Position numbers and translations under genes: made by a program. A stretch of 32,000 bases of DNA from Vibrio alginolyticus NBRC 15630 = ATCC 17749 (GTDB lineage Bacteria; Pseudomonadota; Gammaproteobacteria; Enterobacterales; Vibrionaceae), in contig NC_022349.1 in the NCBI RefSeq assembly GCF_000354175.2, positions 360,001 to 392,000 on the forward strand. Direction: 5' to 3'. The notes beneath the pieces are model-generated. The model did no database searches and was not told where the DNA came from. It worked only from the letters and a program-made list of their open reading frames with translations. Shown here piece after piece: positions 10,770 to 18,865 of this stretch (position 1 is its first letter; each line of letters begins with the position of its first letter).

Positions 10770-11037
10770 GGTCGCCTAGAAGCAGTGTAAGAAGCTAATG
10801 AGGAAATACACGAACTTCCACATTATCAATCTTTATATATGGCGTCATCGTTAAACAGCGAGAAGCGTGGGTTTAATCAAGCTTTCTAAGCACAGTTGCA
10901 AAGTACAGGTGGTCATACCTTTTAATCTAATTGTTACGTATCGAGTTACATACAAATCACTGAATTTACGACAAGTTCTATGTCAAGTGTCTGTTAAATA
11001 ACCAATATCTGATATTTTTATTAAATAGTGTTTAATG

Positions 11038-11068
11038 TTGATATTTAAACTACTTTTAGTTTTATAAT
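11038..11068 (+). promoter_or_regulatory. candidate sigma70 promoter facing ihfA (-35 TTGATA, -10 TATAAT)
   Basis: TTGATA lies at 11038-11043 and a perfect TATAAT at 11063-11068. The 19-bp spacer is longer than optimal. This promoter would give a leader of about 230 nt. Confidence 0.3.
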
Positions 11069-11303
11069 CTGGATGTTTTTCCTGATAAAGATGAAACAAA
11101 AACAAAAATATCAAATTTCTGGCGTTTAACAATAATTTACGTAGTGCTATTCCTTTTGTTCGCCAAGAAAAAAGTTGGCGAAAATCATAAGCTTGTCATA
11201 CACTTCCTGATGTAACCCCGATATGTTGTTGAATTGGTAGGGTAAAACTGCTCTGGCGCTACACTAACGTAGCATTGTTTAACATAGCTTTGAGGAAAGT
11301 TTT

Positions 11304-11600
11304 ATGGCGCTCACAAAAGCCGAACTGGCAGAAAACCTGTTTGATAAATTAGGATTTAGTAAGCGGGACGCCAAGGAAACGGTGGAAGTGTTCTTTGAAG
11401 AGATTCGTAAGGCACTGGAAAGTGGCGAACAGGTAAAACTGTCAGGTTTTGGTAACTTTGATCTTCGTGACAAGAATGAACGACCTGGTCGTAACCCGAA
11501 AACTGGTGAAGATATTCCAATTACTGCTCGACGTGTAGTGACTTTTCGCCCGGGTCAGAAGTTAAAAGCTCGTGTAGAAAACCTGAAGAAAGTACAGTAA
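11304..11600 (+). CDS. ihfA: integration host factor alpha subunit
   Basis: 98 aa, [25 protein letters not shown]...[27 protein letters not shown]; unmistakable IHF-alpha. It has a GAGGAAAG SD. Confidence 0.97.
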   Translation: MALTKAELAENLFDKLGFSKRDAKETVEVFFEEIRKALESGEQVKLSGFGNFDLRDKNERPGRNPKTGEDIPITARRVVTFRPGQKLKARVENLKKVQ

Positions 11601-11612
11601 GCCGAATAAATG

Positions 11613-11639
11613 GATCACGCTAAGGCGTGGTCTTTTTTT
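11613..11639 (+). terminator. Rho-independent terminator after ihfA
   Basis: GATCACGC taag GCGTGGTC (8 bp, one G-T pair) followed by T7. Confidence 0.8.
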
Positions 11640-11665
11640 GCGTAAAATTCGTGTGCATACAAATG

Positions 11666-11691
11666 AAAACCACCGCAATGCGGTGGTTTTT
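11666..11691 (-). terminator. hairpin terminator downstream of relV (bidirectional A/T flanks)
   Basis: AAAACCACCGC aat GCGGTGGTTTT. It lies 31 nt beyond the relV stop on the minus strand. Confidence 0.7.
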
Positions 11692-11721
11692 CTGTTTATG
11701 AGAGACGCTTAATGATATCGG

Positions 11722-12501
11722 TTACGCCGCTTCTAGATGCGTTGTTAAGTATGGTTGCCATGCTTGTTGGTACAAGTTCTTAGACTGTGTACGCATGTTG
11801 CGAATAGAGGCAAGCTCTATTTCGCTTAGCTCACGTTTTTCCAACATCGCTTGACGTTCTAGTTTCTGGATTTTTTCGTATAGGTCGTGTTCGGGACCGC
11901 TTTTTACATCTGCGATTGCTTTCAAGTGCAGTTGAACTTCGGCTACTAGGTTTGTTTTTGGTAAACGAACGAGCAAGTTCAAGTCTCTATATCCTGAAGG
12001 GCCAGGTTTTTTGAATCGATTTTTTACTTTCACAATCGTTGTTTCACGCTCTAACGTTTCATAAATGGAGACTAAGCTGGCGACGTCTTCAGCTACAATC
12101 GTTGCACGTGCTAGGTCAGTAATACGTTCAACTTTCCCACCTAATTCTAAAGCTATCTTTTCTTCTGCTCGTTGTTTGGATTTTACACCTGCGAAGTATG
12201 GCTGAGCGTCATTAAGAAGTGCGGTACTTTTACAGATAGTTTCAAGTTCAAATTGTGCTTGGTGTGCTTTGCTGTAAAGAATGTCGAAGTCAGAATATGG
12301 CTGAGTTGGCGTGGTGTCGATTGACTGAATGCCGTATAAACCGCTAAGGCTGTGTTTAAAAAGTTTCGAACAAACTTCGTTTTGGCTGGTTGAACGATTT
12401 TGTTCGCCACTAGGTGCAGGGGTAATTGGAAGTGCGGCAAATGCCGGTGCACGGCTAAGTACCAAAAGCATCAATGCTGTAGTACGAAGAAATAAGCTCA
12501 T
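11722..12501 (-). CDS. relV: small alarmone ((p)ppGpp) synthetase, RelV-type single RelA/SpoT synthetase domain
   Basis: 259 aa. SAS-like motifs are present: KSKQRAEEKI, ITDLARATIV, SGYRDLNLLVRL and VAEVQLHL. It lies next to ihfA/pheST as V. cholerae relV does (recollection). It has a strong SD (AAGGAGAG). The N-terminus is signal-peptide-like. Confidence 0.75.
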   Translation of the reverse strand: MSLFLRTTALMLLVLSRAPAFAALPITPAPSGEQNRSTSQNEVCSKLFKHSLSGLYGIQSIDTTPTQPYSDFDILYSKAHQAQFELETICKSTALLNDAQPYFAGVKSKQRAEEKIALELGGKVERITDLARATIVAEDVASLVSIYETLERETTIVKVKNRFKKPGPSGYRDLNLLVRLPKTNLVAEVQLHLKAIADVKSGPEHDLYEKIQKLERQAMLEKRELSEIELASIRNMRTQSKNLYQQAWQPYLTTHLEAA

Positions 12502-12635
12502 TCACTCTCCTTAACTTGCTTGTACTTAGAAAATAGGGAACATAAAGGTCGCTAAGTTCGGCAAATCAGGTACTAACTTATAAATGGGGCCATTACGAAA
12601 GATTCCAAGGTTTCAGTTTTATCTTGAAGTAGAAT

Positions 12636-12651
12636 CGTGCGTTAGATCACC
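12636..12651. promoter_or_regulatory. CRP-like box cGTGC-N6-TCACc in the relV/tpm divergent intergenic region
   Basis: It matches TGTGA-N6-TCACA at 8 of 10 core positions. The 15-mer CGTGCGTTAGATCAC is identical to the cdd-proximal box at 15802-15816. Confidence 0.3.
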
Positions 12652-12816
12652 ATTTCTCTTTTCTTTATTCTGATTATCAGATAAAGGCGCGTCTCCTATG
12701 AGACCGATTACATCCTATCACCGCAGTATTAACCAAAGATGAACGGCATAGACAAATTGAAAAAAAACGTTAGTCTTACCTCTCAAAATGAAAACAGCCG
12801 ACAAGTAGAAAGTAAA

Positions 12817-13467
12817 ATGAGAGACCAAGAATTTTGGCATAACAAATGGGCCAGCAATCAAATCGGATTTCACTTGGAAGATGTAAACCCGCTATTACCA
12901 GTATATTGGAAACACACTAATCCAAAGCGTGAAGATAAAGTGTTAGTTCCTTTATGTGGAAAGTCAGAAGACTTGATTTGGCTAGCGATGAAGCATGATT
13001 CGGTTGAAGGCGTTGAGCTAAGCCATATTGCTGTGCGTGCCTTTTTTGCTGAACATTTTTACACGCCAACGGTAACGCCTCTTAATGGCATGCACGAGCT
13101 TTATCAATTTGATGAGCTCTCTATTTATACTGGGGACTTTTTCACTGCACCAGTATCTCAAGCCGATATCATTTATGATCGCGCCGCGTTGGTTGCTTTA
13201 CCGCAAGATATGCGAGAGGAGTATGTAGAGCGTCTCAAGCAACTTTTGAACCCAGGCGGTCGTATTTTGCTTGTTACACTCAACTATCCTCAAGAAGAGA
13301 TGGCGGGGCCTCCATTTAGCGTGCCGGTCGAAGAGATTGAGCAGTTATTTTCAGGTTACAAAGTTACTTGTTTGAACGTAGATGAAGCTGACGAGAATCA
13401 TCCTAAAATTGCGAAAAAAGGCTTAAGTCGCTTCTCTGAAGAAGTGTACTTAATCGAGAGTGAATAG
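12817..13467 (+). CDS. tpm: thiopurine S-methyltransferase
   Basis: [27 protein letters not shown]...[16 protein letters not shown]...DRAALVALP is a TPMT signature. The start at ATG 12817 gives the usual length of about 216 aa. The track start 12739 adds 26 non-homologous residues. Confidence 0.88.
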   Translation: MRDQEFWHNKWASNQIGFHLEDVNPLLPVYWKHTNPKREDKVLVPLCGKSEDLIWLAMKHDSVEGVELSHIAVRAFFAEHFYTPTVTPLNGMHELYQFDELSIYTGDFFTAPVSQADIIYDRAALVALPQDMREEYVERLKQLLNPGGRILLVTLNYPQEEMAGPPFSVPVEEIEQLFSGYKVTCLNVDEADENHPKIAKKGLSRFSEEVYLIESE

Positions 13468-13487
13468 GCTCTCTTCGGTTTGGAACA

Positions 13488-13522
13488 CGAAATAGCGCAG
13501 CAATTTGAGCTGCGCTATTTTT
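13488..13522. terminator. bidirectional terminator between tpm and purT
   Basis: AATAGCGCAGC aatttga GCTGCGCTATT (perfect 11-bp stem) followed by TTTTT. Confidence 0.8.
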
Positions 13523-13539
13523 GTATGAGTGGTTCGTAT

Positions 13540-14715
13540 TTAATAAATGATATTCACTTTTGAAGCACTTTCAACAGCATCTTGAACGGCTTCTTCGGTG
13601 GTTTTTCGTCGCGTAAGGACAACACCTAAACGGCGGCGACCATCGATTTCTGGCTTACCGAATAGACGAACTTGTGTTTGAGGTTGAGCTAAAGCTTTGC
13701 TTAGGTTTTCAAAGCGAATGTTTGTGGAAGTCCCTTGTCCAAGAATAACAGCAGACGCAGATGGGCCATATTGCACAATATTATTAATTGGCATTCCGGT
13801 AAACGCGCGCACGTGGAGAGCAAACTCAGACATTTCCTGCGAAATCATTGTAACCATACCCGTATCGTGAGGGCGAGGAGAGACCTCATTGAAAATGACT
13901 TTATCGCCTTTGACAAACAGCTCTACACCAAAGATGCCGTAGCCACCGAGCGCGTTTACCACTTTCTCAGCCGTGTATTCAGCTGCTTTTACTGCGTTTT
14001 CTGACATAGCTTGCGGTTGCCATGATTCGCGGTAGTCGCCATCTTCCTGACGATGACCAATTGGAGCACAGAAATGCACACCGTCAACGGCTCTGATGGT
14101 CAATAAAGTGATTTCGTAATCGAAGTCGATAAAACCTTCCACGATAACGCGACCTGCACCCGTACGTCCGCCTTCCTGAGCGTAATCCCATGCTTTTGTA
14201 ACGTCGTCTTCGGTCTTGATAACACTTTGCCCTTTACCGGAAGAGCTCATCACTGGCTTCACCACGCACGGAATACCCACATGTTCAACCGCGGCTTTGA
14301 AGTCTTCAAAGTTATCTGCAAAACGATAAGGTGAAGTCGTCAATTCCAGTTCTTCTGCTGCCAAACGTCGGATACCTTCACGATTCATTGTTAGCCTGGT
14401 TGCCTTAGCGGTTGGAACAACATTCAGTCCTTTTTCTTCAAGCTCTACCAGTTTGCCGGTTGCGATGGCTTCAATTTCTGGTACGACGTAAGTAGGTTGT
14501 TCCTTCGTAATAACTTCTTCTAAGGCGTTCCCATCTAACATGTCGATAACATAACTACGGTGAGCGACTTGCATCGCTGGAGCATTGGCATAGCGATCAC
14601 AAGCAATCACTTCTAAACCAAGTCTCTGGCATTCAATGGCGACTTCTTTACCGAGTTCGCCAGAGCCTAAAAGTAATACACGGGTAGCATTTGCGCTAGT
14701 TGCAGTGCCAAACAT
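13540..14715 (-). CDS. purT: formate-dependent phosphoribosylglycinamide formyltransferase (GAR transformylase 2)
   Basis: 391 aa, [38 protein letters not shown]..., with an ATP-grasp fold; full-length PurT. Confidence 0.96.
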   Translation of the reverse strand: MFGTATSANATRVLLLGSGELGKEVAIECQRLGLEVIACDRYANAPAMQVAHRSYVIDMLDGNALEEVITKEQPTYVVPEIEAIATGKLVELEEKGLNVVPTAKATRLTMNREGIRRLAAEELELTTSPYRFADNFEDFKAAVEHVGIPCVVKPVMSSSGKGQSVIKTEDDVTKAWDYAQEGGRTGAGRVIVEGFIDFDYEITLLTIRAVDGVHFCAPIGHRQEDGDYRESWQPQAMSENAVKAAEYTAEKVVNALGGYGIFGVELFVKGDKVIFNEVSPRPHDTGMVTMISQEMSEFALHVRAFTGMPINNIVQYGPSASAVILGQGTSTNIRFENLSKALAQPQTQVRLFGKPEIDGRRRLGVVLTRRKTTEEAVQDAVESASKVNIIY

Positions 14716-14781
14716 AGTGTTCCCTTACAAAATAGAGTGATGAGACAGAAATTGCAGGAGATCATACTGAAGTTTTATGAC

Positions 14782-14799
14782 AAAGCAAACGTTTGCTTT
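14782..14799. promoter_or_regulatory. PurR operator (PUR box) upstream of purT
   Basis: AAAGCAAACGTTTGCTTT is a perfect 18-bp palindrome. It contains the GCAAACGTTTGC core of the E. coli PurR consensus and lies 67-84 bp upstream of the purT ATG. Confidence 0.75.
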
Positions 14800-14814
14800 T
14801 GGTTTTTAGGTAAT

Positions 14815-14845
14815 AAAAAAGCTCTACATGTTGTAGAGCTTTTTG
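14815..14845 (-). terminator. Rho-independent terminator after cdd
   Basis: AAAAAA GCTCTACA tgt TGTAGAGC TTTTT, 14 nt beyond the cdd stop. A and T runs flank both sides. Confidence 0.8.
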
Positions 14846-14858
14846 TTGAATTTGTCGT

Positions 14859-15746
14859 TTATACGTTGACAAAACTAAGCGGAATATCTGGATTCAACGC
14901 TTCCAACGTTGATTGCGTATCGGCTAAGTGACTGATCTTACCTTCAGAGTTTTCTACCAATGCAGCGGCTTTGATGCTGTCAAAGGTTTCACCCGCAAGT
15001 AAAACTTGGATTAGCGCAACTTGTAGCGGTGGCAAGCTAGGATTAAACGCTGCATTTTCTGCATAAGCGCCTTGGAATACACGGCCGCTAGTCATCTCTA
15101 ATGCTAAACCACTCAAGTTGTTGGTGTATGGAGAGTGGCTCATGTTCATCGCTTCAACTGCACTTTGGATGAGTGCGTCTTCATCATCACATGAGAATTG
15201 GTGTTTAACTTCTGCCATTAAGCCGGACTCGATACCGAGATCGTTTGGTCCAAAGGCTTCAGGCAGGTATTCATGAAGTGACTTTTCTTCACGTTCTGGG
15301 AGCTGGATTTTAAGCTCGTTTGCGGTAGATAACTCATTCATGAACTGGCGGCAGTGACCACATGGGCTGAAGTTGATAGTGATATCCTTAACACCACGTT
15401 CGCCTTTCATCCAAGCATGGCTAATCGCAGACTGCTCTGCGTGAACCGTTTGACCCAACTGTACACCAAAGAATTCCATGTTGGCACCGAAGTAAAGGCG
15501 ACCTGAAAGACCACGAACGATAGCGCCGACATAAAAGTCAGAAAGGGGAGCATAGGAGTACGCTGCGGCAAAAGGAAGTAGCGCAACACGAAGCTCTTTG
15601 TCTGATAGACCGGTAGCTGAAAGCAACTGCTCAAATTGTTGAACTGAAAGCGTAGCATCAAAATCATCAGCTTGGATGATAGGAGCAAGTTGTTTGGAAA
15701 GTGCTTCTGGAGCGCCTGCTAGCGCCTGTTCAATGCGACTTTTCAT
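14859..15746 (-). CDS. cdd: cytidine deaminase (two-domain, E. coli type)
   Basis: 295 aa. The zinc motif is [11 protein letters not shown]...[13 protein letters not shown]. It has an AAGGA SD. Confidence 0.95.
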   Translation of the reverse strand: MKSRIEQALAGAPEALSKQLAPIIQADDFDATLSVQQFEQLLSATGLSDKELRVALLPFAAAYSYAPLSDFYVGAIVRGLSGRLYFGANMEFFGVQLGQTVHAEQSAISHAWMKGERGVKDITINFSPCGHCRQFMNELSTANELKIQLPEREEKSLHEYLPEAFGPNDLGIESGLMAEVKHQFSCDDEDALIQSAVEAMNMSHSPYTNNLSGLALEMTSGRVFQGAYAENAAFNPSLPPLQVALIQVLLAGETFDSIKAAALVENSEGKISHLADTQSTLEALNPDIPLSFVNV

Positions 15747-15775
15747 GTTGAATCCTTGTTATTGCATGGACAGTT

Positions 15776-15866
15776 ATTCTATGTGAAAGATAGAAATGTT
15801 CCGTGCGTTAGATCACGATAAATAATGCAATTGATAATTCTGTTACATAATTAGAGTGAGCTCACA
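15776..15866 (-). promoter_or_regulatory. cdd promoter region: -10 TAGAAT, proximal and distal CRP-like boxes, TGCAA/TTGCA (CytR-like) spacer
   Basis: On the minus strand, TAGAAT lies at 15776-15781. The proximal box cGTGC-N6-TCACg (15802-15817) is centred about 31 bp upstream of the -10 centre, i.e. about -41. TGTGA-N6-TCTAA (15851-15866) is centred about 49 bp further upstream. AATGCAATTG lies between them. This mirrors the E. coli cddP CRP/CytR layout. Confidence 0.45.
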
Positions 15867-15955
15867 CATGTATTCGATTGCACAGGTGTGAAGCGTTATC
15901 TCCGTCTCACAATTAACCATATCAGTATATATTCATATGACCAAGGAGCAGGAGT

Positions 15956-16003
15956 ATGTTACCAACGCGACTTTTACCGCTATGCTACTTTATACTTACG
16001 TAA
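15956..16003 (+). CDS. candidate 15-aa hydrophobic micropeptide (MLPTRLLPLCYFILT)
   Basis: The ATG is preceded by AAGGAG (15943-15948) at 7-nt spacing, with a second AGGAG immediately after. No annotated gene lies downstream on this strand. Conservation is unknown. Confidence 0.2.
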   Translation: MLPTRLLPLCYFILT

Positions 16004-16140
16004 TCTAGAGCGAGTGGTAGCAGCTAGAATGCTAATGCTATGAATGTATATCTCAGTCAAGTCCCTTCACGATATTACTGGGTGAGTTTGATAGATAAGA
16101 TAGGGTTTTGAAAAGGGATAAGTAAGAAACGTAAAGGCTA

Positions 16141-16166
16141 CGGCCTGCCGGAAGGAGGGCAGACCG
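16141..16166 (-). terminator. GC-rich hairpin terminator after yohK
   Basis: The minus-strand RNA is CGGUCUGCC cuccuucc GGCAGGCCG (9 bp, one G-U pair) followed by a U-rich tract. It lies 12 nt beyond the stop. Confidence 0.55.
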
Positions 16167-16177
16167 AGAGCGCTTAA

Positions 16178-16855
16178 CTATTGATATAGCCAGACCGCCA
16201 AAGCAAAAAAACTTGGAGCCAAAATAGAAGTTATGATCCCACATAAAACCAATGCGAGTGATGAGAACGCGGCATCTATGGGCTGTTTCTCTGCACATGT
16301 CGCGGTGCCTAAGGCATGAGACACGGTACCCATTGTTAGGCCACGTGCAATCGGGTGTTTAATTCCAATTAAGTTGTAAATTGGGTATGCCAAAATCGCG
16401 CCCAATAAACCAACAATCAGAACCAAGATCGCCGCAACGGCTGCTTCACCACCGAGGTGACTCGAAATTTCCATTGCTATTGGCGTAGTGACGGATTTAC
16501 CCACTAGACTTGCGATTAAACTGATATCCGCTTTGAAAGCGACTGCGAACAAGGTGGTTGTCATCATCGACATCACACTGCCTACTGTGCAAGCGAAAGT
16601 GATGATTCGCCAGTTTGCTTTAATTTGTGGTAGTTGTTCATATAGTGGATAAGCCAGAGCAACTACAGCAGGTTGAAGCAAAAAGCTAATTCCTTCGTTA
16701 TCCGCATAATACGTTTCAAATGGCACATTTAAGTAAGTAAGCAAAGGAATGAGCACTGCGATACTGATCAGCAAAGGGTTTGCTAGAGGATTGTTCACTT
16801 TGATTGCGATTTGACGAGCGATAAGAAAAACCGCAATGGTAACAACTAACCACAT
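16178..16855 (-). CDS. yohK: LrgB/CidB family membrane protein (YohK-like)
   Basis: 225 aa, polytopic, with LrgB-like sequence (GKSVTTPIAMEIS...GTVSHALGTA). Its ATG lies 1 nt after the yohJ stop. It is adjacent to cdd, as in E. coli yohJK-cdd. Confidence 0.85.
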   Translation of the reverse strand: MWLVVTIAVFLIARQIAIKVNNPLANPLLISIAVLIPLLTYLNVPFETYYADNEGISFLLQPAVVALAYPLYEQLPQIKANWRIITFACTVGSVMSMMTTTLFAVAFKADISLIASLVGKSVTTPIAMEISSHLGGEAAVAAILVLIVGLLGAILAYPIYNLIGIKHPIARGLTMGTVSHALGTATCAEKQPIDAAFSSLALVLCGIITSILAPSFFALAVWLYQ

Positions 16856-16856
16856 A

Positions 16857-17231
16857 TCAGTGTTTCTCCTGTAGCAAGTAATCTAGCAGCCAAGCGAGGC
16901 TGACCAGTACAATGAGTGAACCGCCAACCGCGCTAGCGATGATAGGGAGCGCATTGGCGAGTAGTAGGTCGAAATGCTGCATTAATCCGACGCTGATAGG
17001 AACGAACAATAAGATCATATAGCGGATAAATAGCGTGGCGCCCGGTTTGACCCAGTCGACTTTTACAAGCCCAAGAGTCATGGAGAAAAACAGTACGAGC
17101 ATACCGATGACACTTCCTGGAACGGAAACGCCAGTGAACTTTTGAATGGTAATTCCGATGCCAAGTGCTCCCATGATGAGGAAGATTGAAATGAGCAGTT
17201 GGATCAGTTGTAAGAATCGTTCTTTAATCAT
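16857..17231 (-). CDS. yohJ: CidA/LrgA family membrane protein (YohJ-like)
   Basis: 124 aa and 4 TM, with PGSVIGMLVLF...RYMILLFVPISVGLMQHFDLL resembling E. coli YohJ. Confidence 0.85.
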   Translation of the reverse strand: MIKERFLQLIQLLISIFLIMGALGIGITIQKFTGVSVPGSVIGMLVLFFSMTLGLVKVDWVKPGATLFIRYMILLFVPISVGLMQHFDLLLANALPIIASAVGGSLIVLVSLAWLLDYLLQEKH

Positions 17232-17249
17232 TTTGACAGTATATAAACA

Positions 17250-17275
17250 ACAAGCACACCATAAGGTGCGCTTGT
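17250..17275 (-). terminator. hairpin terminator after sbcB
   Basis: The minus-strand RNA is ACAAGCGCACC uuau GGUGUGCUUGU (11 bp, one G-U pair) followed by UGUUUAU. It begins 11 nt after the sbcB stop. Confidence 0.6.
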
Positions 17276-17286
17276 ATTAGGAGGAG

Positions 17287-18708
17287 TTAGGAAGCTAAGC
17301 TCTCTACATAACGGTACACGGATTTTAATATCGCAATCTTCTTTTCGTCACTTTCATGTTCGTGAACTAAGTTTTCTAAATTCAGCATGTACTCTTCAAT
17401 TTGGCTTTCAAACACTTCTCGACAGTGTAGTGCCCAGCGTCTTTGTTCTTGCTCGTCTAATGTGCCTGGGAAGTTACGCGCACGATAGCGGAACAATAGA
17501 GGTTTAATACGCTTGTCATCAAATTCAATGTCTAATGCAGCAAGATTATTCGGGTCGGTTTCTCGAATGATATCCATAGCTGCGCGATCAGCCGGAGAAA
17601 AGAACCCGTCGTAAAGCTGTGTATCGACGTCATCACTTTTATCGAATTTACGCTCGACGGAAAAGAGGCTAATCAGCTTTTCTCTAATTTCAGGATGTTG
17701 GCGCAACAAAGCGAGATTGGCGAGACATTGTTGGCGATCAATGCCAATAGACTCTGCATTTTCAGCCGTTAACGTTTTTGCAGGGGCGAGAATAGGGCAT
17801 TTGTTCAAATGAACTAGTTTAACTGGCACTGGTAGCAATTCACCAAGATCTTCGCGCTTCGTGTAGAGTCTTTCGTGCAGCTCTTCTGCGGATAGCTCAA
17901 GAATAGGTTGAGGGTCTTTCGCTAAATCGATGGTGATAACGGCGTTATTATTGGTTGGATGCCAAGCAACAGGCACAATCCAGCTAGTGTACTGACATTC
18001 GCGCCCTAGCATGCCTGAAACGTGCATCAACGGTGTCATGTTGACGATGTCGACTAAATCATTGAGCTTGCGCTTTTGGCGCATAGAAAAAAAGTAATCA
18101 AACAATTTTGGTTGCGCTGCTTTTACTTTCTTTGCCATTTCGATAGTCGCAACCACATCTGCCATGGCATCGTGCGCGTTACTATGTTCTATGCCGTTAG
18201 CCACAGACAAGTGTTCTAATTTAAAGCTAGTGAAGCCATCTTCGTTTTCTGGCCATTCTACGCCTTCTGGGCGAAGGGCATGGCAAGCGCGTAGTACATC
18301 GAGTAAATCCCAACGTGAGTTACCGTTTTGCCAACTCCATGCGTATGGATCGATAAAGTTGCGATAACAAGTATAACGGGTCACTTCGTCATCAAAGCGA
18401 ATGCTGTTGTAGCCTAAACTGGTGGTATTTGGTCTCGCGAGTTCAGTGTGAATCTTAGCGATAAACTCTGGCTCAGAAAGGCCTTCTTGAACCGTTTTTT
18501 GCGGAGTAATACCAGTAATAAGCGCAGCTTCAGGAGACGGAAGATAATCAGCCGGTGGTTGACAGTACATGACTAAAGGCTCGCCGATGATATTAAAGTT
18601 TTCATCTGTACGAACACCAGCAAACTGGCTTGGGCGATCTTTCGCGGGGTTGGTTCCCCATGTCTCATAATCAAAGAAGAAAAAAGTGGGCTGATTATCT
18701 TGGTGCAT
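17287..18708 (-). CDS. sbcB: exodeoxyribonuclease I
   Basis: 473 aa. The N-terminal DEDDh exonuclease motif is TFFFFDYETWGTNPAKDRPSQFAGVRTD. It is co-linear with E. coli ExoI. Confidence 0.95.
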   Translation of the reverse strand: MHQDNQPTFFFFDYETWGTNPAKDRPSQFAGVRTDENFNIIGEPLVMYCQPPADYLPSPEAALITGITPQKTVQEGLSEPEFIAKIHTELARPNTTSLGYNSIRFDDEVTRYTCYRNFIDPYAWSWQNGNSRWDLLDVLRACHALRPEGVEWPENEDGFTSFKLEHLSVANGIEHSNAHDAMADVVATIEMAKKVKAAQPKLFDYFFSMRQKRKLNDLVDIVNMTPLMHVSGMLGRECQYTSWIVPVAWHPTNNNAVITIDLAKDPQPILELSAEELHERLYTKREDLGELLPVPVKLVHLNKCPILAPAKTLTAENAESIGIDRQQCLANLALLRQHPEIREKLISLFSVERKFDKSDDVDTQLYDGFFSPADRAAMDIIRETDPNNLAALDIEFDDKRIKPLLFRYRARNFPGTLDEQEQRRWALHCREVFESQIEEYMLNLENLVHEHESDEKKIAILKSVYRYVESLAS

Positions 18709-18798
18709 TCTGCTTACCGTTTACAAAACCGATGACAGTATTAGACCATTCAACGCCTTGACTAGCAACGAAAGATGCAAGTTGAATTTTTGAAAATG

Positions 18799-18826
18799 AA
18801 AAAAGCCGATGGCGAACCATCGGCTT
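18799..18826 (-). terminator. Rho-independent terminator after the tcyP-like gene
   Basis: AAGCCGATGG cgaa CCATCGGCTT (10 bp) with a T6 run on the minus strand. Confidence 0.8.
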
Positions 18827-18865
18827 GATATTTTACGTTTTATCGCTTTGGAAGGAATTTGAGTT

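Noticed and set aside
11722-12501. Whether relV is the toxin of a toxSAS-type toxin-antitoxin pair.
   Set aside because: There is no adjacent small co-directional ORF. Downstream is a terminator followed by convergent ihfA, and upstream is divergent tpm. The overlapping 89-aa ORF (12183-12452) is an alternate frame of relV itself.
12669-12681. 13-bp palindrome TCTGATTATCAGA with a TGATAATCA core (reverse strand) resembling part of a Fur box, upstream of tpm.
   Set aside because: It matches the 19-bp Fur consensus at only about 11 of 19 positions. Short AT-rich palindromes are expected by chance, and neither flanking gene has an iron-related function.
16053-16298. 81-aa minus-strand track ORF spanning the yohK 3' end and the downstream spacer.
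   Set aside because: It overlaps the yohK coding end in another frame, runs through the yohK terminator hairpin, and has no SD.
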